Below are positions 17,413-25,094 of a stretch of 64,000 nucleotides of DNA, in pieces (positions within the stretch are counted from its first letter, which is position 1; the number at the start of each line of letters is the position of its first letter). The DNA is from an uncultured Dehalococcoidia bacterium (GTDB lineage: Bacteria > Chloroflexota > Dehalococcoidia > Lucifugimonadales > CATQGZ01). The stretch covers positions 633,207-697,206 of the forward strand of contig OY282365.1 in NCBI GenBank assembly GCA_958295685.2, read 5' to 3'. Position numbers and translations under genes: made by a program. Below the pieces are notes generated by a model. The model ran no database searches. It saw only the letters and a list, made by a program, of their open reading frames with translations, and was not told the origin of the DNA.

Positions 17413-18513
17413 ATGAACAACAGATTGAAGCCTGTCTTTGTAGTCTTCTGCGCCGCGTTGCCGTTCCTGGTGTTGCTGGCCGGGTGCGGCACGGACCCTG
17501 CGCCGACGCCGACGCCCGTCCCTACTCCCACGGCCATGCCCGAACCCACGGCCATGCCCGAACCCACGGCCATGCCTGAACCCACGGCCATGCCCGAACC
17601 CACGGCTATGCCCGAACCTACGGCTATGCCCGAACCCACGGCCGTGCCTGAACCTACGGCAGAGCCTACGACGGAGGCGCCGCCCGATGGCGGTTTCCAG
17701 ATTCCCCCGCCGACTGTGACGATGCTCGCGGACGGCGTGTATCACTACTTTGGGTTCTTTACCGGCAGCTTGGTCGTGGTATCCGACGACGGTGTTCTGA
17801 TCACCGATCCGTCCAATCCGATGAGGGCGCAGTCTCTCAGGGACGAGATCTCGAAGGTCACGGACGCCCCGGTGACGACCATTGCGCTCACGCACGAGCA
17901 CTTCGACCACGTGGGCGGGACAGGCGTGTTCCCGGACGCGAACGTTCTCTGCCACTGGAACTGCAAGGCTGCCTTCGAGCTGAGTCCCCTTGGGGACGTC
18001 CCGCTCAAAATCGAGACGTTCGATGACACGATGGACGTAGTGATGGGAGACAAGACGGTCCAGCTTCATTATCTGGGGCCCGGCGACGGCGACGCGACCA
18101 CCATCATCTACATGCCGAAGGAGCAGATCGTGGTCACGTCGGACATGTACGAGCCCCGCGCGCTCACCCACAAGAACTGGGTGGACGACAAGAACTTCGC
18201 CGGCACGCGGCGCATCCTCAACGAAATTAGCACGTGGCCGATAACCCATGCCATCAACGCCCACTCGCCGGGGACCGATCCGGTCGACCTCATGGAGAAC
18301 GTTGGGTACTACAACGACCTGTACGACGCGGTGAAGGCGGAGGTGGACGCGGCAATCGCGGCGGCGGGCGGCGCTACGTTCGGCGCGTACTCGCTGTTCG
18401 ACACCCTGCCGCAAACGCTGGAGCTTGCGCAGTACAGCGACTGGGCGAACTACGACACTTCGTTCCCGCGCCACGTGGAGAGGATGCTGCTGGGGATTTA
18501 CCACGGGGACTAA
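17413..18513 (+). CDS. Lipoprotein MBL-fold metallo-hydrolase (paralog 2) with (PTAMPE)n linker
   Basis: Lipobox LLAGC, Pro/Thr repeat stalk, THEHFDHVGG; catalytic domain nearly identical to paralog 1. Confidence 0.87.
   Translation: MNNRLKPVFVVFCAALPFLVLLAGCGTDPAPTPTPVPTPTAMPEPTAMPEPTAMPEPTAMPEPTAMPEPTAMPEPTAVPEPTAEPTTEAPPDGGFQIPPPTVTMLADGVYHYFGFFTGSLVVVSDDGVLITDPSNPMRAQSLRDEISKVTDAPVTTIALTHEHFDHVGGTGVFPDANVLCHWNCKAAFELSPLGDVPLKIETFDDTMDVVMGDKTVQLHYLGPGDGDATTIIYMPKEQIVVTSDMYEPRALTHKNWVDDKNFAGTRRILNEISTWPITHAINAHSPGTDPVDLMENVGYYNDLYDAVKAEVDAAIAAAGGATFGAYSLFDTLPQTLELAQYSDWANYDTSFPRHVERMLLGIYHGD
17527..17661 (+). repeat. In-frame 18-bp tandem repeat (CCCACGGCCATGCCCGAA) x~7
   Basis: Encodes PTAMPE repeats. 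Confidence 0.9.
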
Positions 18514-18579
18514 GGGGGCATTCTCCATACGCGCAGGTGTGTCGGAGCCGTCCCTGTTGCAGGGGGCGCGGCGGCTTCC

Positions 18580-18609
18580 TTGACCATCCCGTCGGCCGCT
18601 CCCTATAAT
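18580..18609 (+). promoter_or_regulatory. Sigma70-type promoter of the metE-like/CoA-transferase/acyl-CoA ligase operon
   Basis: TTGACC-18-TATAAT followed by AGGAGG/AGGAG before ATG 18645. Confidence 0.65.
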
Positions 18610-18644
18610 CGGGGGCGCCTCGACTAGGAGGTCAGGAGTTCCGT

Positions 18645-19673
18645 ATGGACAGCGAACCGCTTCCACTACTGCCCACCACCGTCATCGGCAGCCACGCCTA
18701 CCCCGGTTGGATGTGGACCGCGCTCGACGAGGTGGAGAAGGGGAACTACGGCCGCACCGACGAGCGCGAGTTGTACGACGACGCCGTGAACATGGCGATC
18801 CGCGACCAGGAGAGGGCGGGCGTCGACGTCATCTCGGACGGCGAGATGCGCCGGTGGTACTTCGTCCAGAGCTTCTACAATAGGGTTCGGGGCATCGAGC
18901 GTGAGCCGGAGTTGCGGAAGGTGGGGCTGTACGGCTACGACTCCCCTCCCCGCTACAAGGCGGTGGAGAAGCTCGTGGCGCCGGACGGTCTGGGCATCGT
19001 GGACGAGTACAGATACGCCCGCGCCAACACCGAGAGGCCCATCAAGGTCACCTGTCCCGGCCCTCTGACGATCACGATTCACATCCGGCCCGGGGGCGTG
19101 TACGAGGACCGCATCGAGATGGCGTGGGACTTCGCGAAGGTCATCAACAGGGAGCTGAAGGCGCTCGTCGAGCAGGGCGTGGACTACATACAGATCGACG
19201 AGCCGTCGTTTGCCGTGATTCCCGGCCGGCTCGACGACTGGATCGACCTGTACAACGCATCCGTCGAGGGGGTGGACGCCAGGCTGGCGCTCCACATCTG
19301 CTTCGGCAACCTGACCAGCAGGCCGCGCGGCAAGCGTTCCTATGCCTGGATGTTTCCCAGGATGCAGGAGTGCCGTTACGACGAGCTCGTCCTGGAGTAT
19401 GCCAACCGGGAGATGAGCGAGATCGAGCGCTGGAGTGAGTGGGCCGGCGACCGGAAGCTCGGAGCGGGGGTCATCGACGTGAAGTCCTTCTACGTCGAGA
19501 AGCCGGATGACGTGGCCGAGCGCATCCGCCTCGCCATGAAGCACGGCCCGCCGGAGCGGCTGGTCGTCAACCCGGACTGCGGGTTCTTCCAGCTCCCCAG
19601 ATGGATAACCTACAAGAAGCTCGTGGCAATGGTCGCCGGGGCGAACATCGTCAGGAAGGAGCTGGCCGGATAG
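18645..19673 (+). CDS. Cobalamin-independent methionine synthase II family protein (Zn-dependent)
   Basis: PTTVIGS, DVISDGEMRR, YIQIDEP, LHICFGN, LEYA, NPDCG Zn-ligand motifs. Confidence 0.88.
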   Translation: MDSEPLPLLPTTVIGSHAYPGWMWTALDEVEKGNYGRTDERELYDDAVNMAIRDQERAGVDVISDGEMRRWYFVQSFYNRVRGIEREPELRKVGLYGYDSPPRYKAVEKLVAPDGLGIVDEYRYARANTERPIKVTCPGPLTITIHIRPGGVYEDRIEMAWDFAKVINRELKALVEQGVDYIQIDEPSFAVIPGRLDDWIDLYNASVEGVDARLALHICFGNLTSRPRGKRSYAWMFPRMQECRYDELVLEYANREMSEIERWSEWAGDRKLGAGVIDVKSFYVEKPDDVAERIRLAMKHGPPERLVVNPDCGFFQLPRWITYKKLVAMVAGANIVRKELAG

Positions 19674-19702
19674 ACCGGGGCCTCACCTGATCTAAGGCCA
19701 GC

Positions 19703-20806
19703 ATGAAACCGCTCTCTCACATAACGGTCGTCGACCTGACGGTCAACTCTCCCGGCCCCTTCTGCTCCATGACGCTGAGCGACCTCGGGGCGCGCGTGAT
19801 AAAGGTGGAGCCGCCGGGCGGCGACCCGCTTCGCCGCGACGCTGACATGTTCGCGGCGTTCAACAGGGGCAAGGAGAGCATCGAGCTCGACCTGAAGACC
19901 GCGGATGCCCGGCGCGTCCTCCTGGCGCTGGCACGTAGAGCCGACGTCGTGCTGGAGGGGTCCCGCCCAGGGGTGGCGGAGCGTCTCGGCGCGGACTACC
20001 CTACCCTCTCGGCCGGGAATCCGGGGCTGGTCTACTGCTCGATCTCCGGATTCGGTCAGGAGGGTCCCTGGAGGAACCGACCCGCGCACGACCTGAACTA
20101 TCTGGCGCTGAGCGGCTACCTGGCGCTCCAAGGCCGCATGGACGGGCGGCCCCGGCCTCCGGCCGTTCTGCTGTCCGACTTGGCCGCCGGGCTCTACGCC
20201 GCGACTCTGGTTCTGGCGCAGCTGGGCGGCAGGAGCGTGTCGGGCCTGGGCGGCTACGTGGACCTGTCGATAACGGAGGCAGCCCTCTCCCTGATGGCGC
20301 CGGAGGTTGCCAGACAGCCGGACGCCGGAGGCCCGCGCGGCCGGCCGAACGTCGCAGGCATCCCGCACTACGACGTGTTCGAGTGCGCGGACGGACGCTG
20401 GTTCAGCCTGGGGATCGTCCACGAGGACCACTTCTGGGACCGGTTCTGCGCCGCCGCCGGGATCGAAGATCTGGCGGGGCTGGGACACTCCGAGCGCATG
20501 GCGCGCTCATGCGAGATTCGAGAGAGGCTGTCCGACGCCTTCCGGCGGCGGACGGCGGACGACTGGGAGAGCCGCCTGGCGGCCGCGGACGTTCCGGGCG
20601 CCGCGCCGGTGGAGATCGAGGACGTTCACCACTCTCCCCAGTTTCAGGCCCGCGGCGCGTTCGTGGAGATAGACGGAAGGCGCTACGTCACACAGCCCGC
20701 GGCGCTCTCCACGGGCCGGGTCGGCCCCGACAGAGGGCCGCCCGAGCTCGACGAGCACGCAGCCGACATCCTCAGGGAGCTCGGTCATCCGACCGCCGCC
20801 CACTAA
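19703..20806 (+). CDS. CaiB/BaiF family III CoA-transferase
   Basis: PGPFC...DLGARVIKVEPPGGDP, NRGKES, SISGFGQEGP, HDLNY. Confidence 0.92.
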   Translation: MKPLSHITVVDLTVNSPGPFCSMTLSDLGARVIKVEPPGGDPLRRDADMFAAFNRGKESIELDLKTADARRVLLALARRADVVLEGSRPGVAERLGADYPTLSAGNPGLVYCSISGFGQEGPWRNRPAHDLNYLALSGYLALQGRMDGRPRPPAVLLSDLAAGLYAATLVLAQLGGRSVSGLGGYVDLSITEAALSLMAPEVARQPDAGGPRGRPNVAGIPHYDVFECADGRWFSLGIVHEDHFWDRFCAAAGIEDLAGLGHSERMARSCEIRERLSDAFRRRTADDWESRLAAADVPGAAPVEIEDVHHSPQFQARGAFVEIDGRRYVTQPAALSTGRVGPDRGPPELDEHAADILRELGHPTAAH

Positions 20807-20820
20807 TCACCGGAGACCAC

Positions 20821-22464
20821 ATGACACACCACTACCAGATCGGCAACTACGAGGAGACCTACAGGAGCTTTCGCCTAGAGGTTCCCGAACGCTACAACTG
20901 GGCCTACGAGGTCTTCGACCGCTGGGGCATGGATCGGTCGAAGACCGCCATGGTCTGGGTGGGCCCGGACGGCGCGTCCCGCGAGGTGACCTTCCGCGAG
21001 CTGGGGGAGCGCTCCCGGCGCGCCGCCAATTTCCTGTCCGGCCTCGGCGCCGTGCCGGGAGACCGCGTATTCATCATGCTGCCCCGTCTGGTGGAGTGGT
21101 GGGAGCTCGTCCTGGGCTGCATTCGGGGCCGCTTCGTCTCCGTCCCCGGCACGACTCTGCTCACGACCAAGGATATTTCGTACCGGCTCAACACGGCCGG
21201 GGTGAAGATAGCGGTCACCGATTCGGAAAACGCCGAGAAGATCGAGGCGGTCCGCGGCGAGTGCCCGTCGTTGGAGAGGGTCGTTACGGTCGACAGGACG
21301 CCGGGGCTGCCCTGCTACGACGACCTGATGGCCTCGGCCTCTCCCAACCTGGGCAATCCGAACAACCTGTCGAGCGACCCGCTGATGGGCTACTTCACGT
21401 CGGGGACCACCGGCCTCCCGAAGATGGTGATCAACACCCACGCATCCTATCCGATCGGGCACGTGATCACCGGGAAGTTCTGGCTCGACAACAGGCCGAG
21501 CGACCTCCACTTCACCATATCCGACCCCGGCTGGGCCCAGGCGGCGTGGACGCTCTTCTTCGCGCCTTGGAACATGGGGGCGGCCATCCTGGTCTGGGAT
21601 CAGCGCGGGGCGTTCGACCCGGACGCGACGCTGCGCCTGCTGGAGGACTATCCGGTCACCACGTTCTTCGCGCCTCCCACAGCCTATCGGATGCTGGCGC
21701 AGCTCGACCTGACGAGGTACAGGCCCAGGGCGCTGCGCCACTGCCTGGGCGCCGGGGAAGCGGTGAACCCCGACCTGGTGGAGGCGTGGAGAGAGGGAAC
21801 AGGCCAGCACATATGGGAGGGCTACGGCCAGACCGAGACGGTGCTCTGCGCCGCCACTTTTCCTGGGATGAGGCACAAGCCCGGCTCCATGGGCGTTGCG
21901 GCGCCCGGATACACGCTCGGCGTGGTAGACGAGGACGGGGGCGAGCTGCCGAGGGGCGAGGAGGGCGAGGTCGCCATTCGGGTCAGCCCCGACAGGCCGG
22001 TGGGCCTGTTCACGGGCTACTGGGAGAACCCGGAGGCGAACGCCAGGTCGTTCCGCGGCGATTGGTACTACACGGGCGACCGGGCGTCGAGGGACGAGGA
22101 CGGGTATTTCTGGTTCGTGGGCCGGGCGGACGACGTGATCATCAGCGCGTCGTACCGCATCGGGCCGTTCGAGGTGGAGTCGGCGGTGGCCGAGCATCCG
22201 GGGGTGGCCGAGACTGCGGTGGTGGCCAGCCCCCACGAGGTGCGGGGCCAGATCGTGAAGGCATACGTGGTTCCCGCCGAGGGCTTCGAGCCCTCGGACG
22301 ACCTCGTCCGGCAGATACAGGATCACGTAAAGGCCGTGACCGCGCCCTACAAGTATCCCAGGGAGATAGAGTTCGTCACGGAGCTGCCGAAGACGATCAG
22401 CGGGAAGATCAGACGCACGGAGCTCCGCGACAGGGAGCTTGCCCGCAAGAGGGGGGCGCGGTAG
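20821..22464 (+). CDS. Medium-chain acyl-CoA synthetase (AMP-forming, ACSM-like)
   Basis: YFTSGTTGLPK, EGYGQTET, YYTGDRA, GRADDVI, PYKYPREIEF, PKTISGKIRR. Confidence 0.93.
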   Translation: MTHHYQIGNYEETYRSFRLEVPERYNWAYEVFDRWGMDRSKTAMVWVGPDGASREVTFRELGERSRRAANFLSGLGAVPGDRVFIMLPRLVEWWELVLGCIRGRFVSVPGTTLLTTKDISYRLNTAGVKIAVTDSENAEKIEAVRGECPSLERVVTVDRTPGLPCYDDLMASASPNLGNPNNLSSDPLMGYFTSGTTGLPKMVINTHASYPIGHVITGKFWLDNRPSDLHFTISDPGWAQAAWTLFFAPWNMGAAILVWDQRGAFDPDATLRLLEDYPVTTFFAPPTAYRMLAQLDLTRYRPRALRHCLGAGEAVNPDLVEAWREGTGQHIWEGYGQTETVLCAATFPGMRHKPGSMGVAAPGYTLGVVDEDGGELPRGEEGEVAIRVSPDRPVGLFTGYWENPEANARSFRGDWYYTGDRASRDEDGYFWFVGRADDVIISASYRIGPFEVESAVAEHPGVAETAVVASPHEVRGQIVKAYVVPAEGFEPSDDLVRQIQDHVKAVTAPYKYPREIEFVTELPKTISGKIRRTELRDRELARKRGAR

Positions 22465-22468
22465 GGCC

Positions 22469-23547
22469 GTGCCGAACCCTGTGAGCCTCTTCGACATGGA
22501 GGCGATGGCGAAGCTGCGCATGGCCCACAACACGTGGGACTACGTGGCCGGCGGGGCCGCGGATGAGATCACGCTGAGACGGAACCGCGAGGCGTTCGAC
22601 GAGATAGCCGTCAACCCCCGTTACCTCCAAGCCCTGACCGAGCGGGACACGTCCACGACCGTGCTGGGGCGGAGAATCGAGATGCCGGTGATGGCCGCGC
22701 CCACCGGGGCCCAGTTCCTGGCCCACTCGGAGGCCGAGGTGGCCGTTGCGCGGGGCGCAGGGGCCGTGGGGACGCTGACGACGGTCGCCACGGGCGCGTC
22801 CCGGACGGTGGAGGAGGTCGCCGAAGCCGCCTCCGGGCCGCTCTGGCTCCAGCTCTATCACCTACACGACGACCTGACCGAGTTCATGGCCGGGAAGGCG
22901 GAGGCCGCCGGGTTCTCGGCGCTCTGCCTGACCGTCGACGGCGTCGGAACCGGCATGAAGGAGAGGGACTCTAGGAACGACTTCAGCCCCCTGATGGGGG
23001 ATTCGTGGGCCGATCTCCGGGAGCGGCCCGACCTTCTCGAGAGGGCGAGGTTCGACGAGGAGTCGCGCTCAAGGCGGCCCACCTGGGAGAAGCTGGCGTG
23101 GTTCAGGTCAATCACCTCCATGCCGTTGGTGGTGAAGGGGATACTCACGGCCCGCGACGCGGTGAAGTGCGCCGAGCACGGCGTCGACCCATCGTGGTGT
23201 CGAATCACGGCGCGCGCGTCATCGATACGACGCTGGCCTCGATCGAGGCGCTGCCGGCGGTCGTCGAGGCGGTCGGGGACCGGATGGAGGTCTACCTCGA
23301 CTCGGGAGTGCGGCGCGGCACGGACGTTCTCAAGGCGCTCGCCCTGGGGGCGCGGGCCGTCCTGGTGGGTCGGCCCGTGATGTGGGGCCTCGCCATAGAC
23401 GGCGGCATGGGCGTCAGGGGCATGTTCGAGATACTCAGGCGCGAGTTGGAGTTGGCCATGAACTTCGTCGGGATCAGCTCGATACGCGACGTCGAACCGG
23501 GCATGGTCACACTCGGCTGGCGGTCTGCCCGGCAGCCGTATCCGTGA
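22469..23547 (+). pseudogene. FMN-dependent alpha-hydroxy acid oxidase/dehydrogenase with -1 frameshift near 23189
   Basis: WDYVAGGA, WLQLY, LTVD, LVVKGI in frame 1; IVVSNHGAR, LDSGVRRGTDVLKALALGA in a second frame; GTCGAC-CC-ATC lacks one base of expected GCC. Confidence 0.8.
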
Positions 23548-23567
23548 GCGGCGGCGGAAGGGCAGGC

Positions 23568-24578
23568 TCACCCGCGCCGGGCGTGGTCTCGCCAGACTTG
23601 GCGGAAGAGGCGGAGCCAGTTTTCGCCGAGTATCTTGCTTACGTCTTGGTCGCGGTATCCCCTGCCCTTCAGTTCTGCGGCCACGTTTGACAGCTTGTCC
23701 GGGGTCTCCATTCCCGACGGGTGCGTCACCGGGTCGGGGAACGAGGCCAGCCACTCCTCCTGTGGGATCGTTCCCTGCCGGGACAGCAGCCATTTGAAGA
23801 AGTCTCTCGATTGGTCCTGGGTGAAGTCGGTGCCGATTCCCACGTGGTCGATGCCGACCCTCTCGACCAAGTCGTCGATGGCGTCCACGTAGTCGGAAAG
23901 GGTGGACTGCCACTCGTTTCTGAGGAACGGGGGGAAGCCGTTCGCGCCGACCACGCCGCCCTTCTCCGCGAGGAGCTTCAGGGCCTCGCCGGTCTTGTTG
24001 CGGACGTGGTCGAAGAACGGTCTGGCGTTGGCGTGGGTGCACGCGACGGGGTCGTCGGACAGATCGATGGCTTCCAGCGTGGTCCGGTCTCCCACGTGTG
24101 AGAGGTCGATCAGTATCCCCAGGCGGTTCATCTCTCTGACTGCGTCCACGCCGAAGCTGGACAGCCCATCGTCGACCCGCTCGAAGCAGCCGTTGCCGAT
24201 CAGGTTCCGCTCGTTGTAGGTGATCTGGATAATCCTCACTCCAAGCCCGTGAAACAGTTCCAGCCTGTCGAGGCGGCTCTCGATGGGAGAGGCGTTCTGC
24301 CAGCCGAGGACCACCCCGACCCGGCCATCCTCTTTGGCCCGCAGGATGTCGCCGGCGCTCCTGACCTGGGTCAGCGAGTCGGGGCGGTCTCTGAACCGGC
24401 GCAGCCAGGCCGCCGTGTTGTCCAGCGTCTCGCGGTACCCCTCCCACACGGCCGTGGTGGCGTTGATCGCGGTAACGCGGCCGTTCTTCAGGCTGTCGAA
24501 GACCGCCCGGCTGTCCCAGTTGCTGACGTTCAGACCGTCGATGACCAGCGAATCGTCGTAGATGCTGTCCGGCTTCAT
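23568..24578 (-). CDS. Membrane dipeptidase (peptidase M19, amidohydrolase fold)
   Basis: GVRIIQITYN, DGLSSFG..VREMNRLGILIDLSH, THAN, RNK, GIDHVGIGTDF, KILGENWLR. Confidence 0.92.
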   Translation of the reverse strand: MKPDSIYDDSLVIDGLNVSNWDSRAVFDSLKNGRVTAINATTAVWEGYRETLDNTAAWLRRFRDRPDSLTQVRSAGDILRAKEDGRVGVVLGWQNASPIESRLDRLELFHGLGVRIIQITYNERNLIGNGCFERVDDGLSSFGVDAVREMNRLGILIDLSHVGDRTTLEAIDLSDDPVACTHANARPFFDHVRNKTGEALKLLAEKGGVVGANGFPPFLRNEWQSTLSDYVDAIDDLVERVGIDHVGIGTDFTQDQSRDFFKWLLSRQGTIPQEEWLASFPDPVTHPSGMETPDKLSNVAAELKGRGYRDQDVSKILGENWLRLFRQVWRDHARRG

Positions 24579-24758
24579 GGCAGAGGTCCTCGTCGGGAGT
24601 GAATTGAGGCAGGCGTATACTATCATCAGTCCTCATTGAGTGTCTGAATCAGGATTCTCAGGATTGGAGGATTGGCAGGATGGGGAGGGCGCCTGTTGAT
24701 CTGGGGCGCGCCGATGACGTCATGATCATGATTGCCGAAGGAGGGACGGAGGGGGGTA

Positions 24759-25069
24759 GTAGCTGTTCAGACTCTGTGAGGTCCGAAGGGAAGTCCCCTT
24801 GACGACGGCGAACTCTTGTACTATATTATTCATATGGAAGCAGCCCAGCCAGCAACAGCCCTGAGACCCCTGTTCCACAACTGTACCGGAACTGCTCCGG
24901 TTCCGTTCCACATCCGTTCCACAAATGCCCCACATTTGTCCCACGAAATCGAACCCTCAGCTACGGAGATGGAACAAATGGAACAGTTTGGGACAGTTTT
25001 CGGCGAACCACAGGCCGCGACCGCCCTGCGCTTGCAGATAGGGAGACCTCATCAACTCTGAACAGTTAC
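24759..25069. mobile_element. IS66-like MITE ends enclosing cassette copy 3
   Basis: GTAGCTGTTCAGACTCTGTGAGG ... CCTCATCAACTCTGAACAGTTAC; flanks GGGGGGTA / GGAGAGTA (6/8 match). Confidence 0.72.
24799..25007 (+). repeat. LexA-box promoter / phased-repeat cassette copy 3 (class A)
   Basis: TTGACG(24799)-17-TATATT(24822), GAAC-TCTT-GTAC 24810-24821, ATG 24834, 7 motifs at 11-bp spacing, core 24956-24965, 3 inverted TGG(A/G)ACA. Confidence 0.85.
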
Positions 25070-25094
25070 GGAGAGTACGGATTCGGGGCATGAC

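Noticed and set aside
16480-18513. DGR template/variable repeat pair in the MBL paralogs
   Set aside because: Differences are not adenine-specific, both copies are intact genes, and there is no reverse transcriptase in the window.
18514-18644. SAM or cobalamin riboswitch upstream of metE-like, metF or metK
   Set aside because: No recognisable riboswitch consensus, and the leaders are too short.
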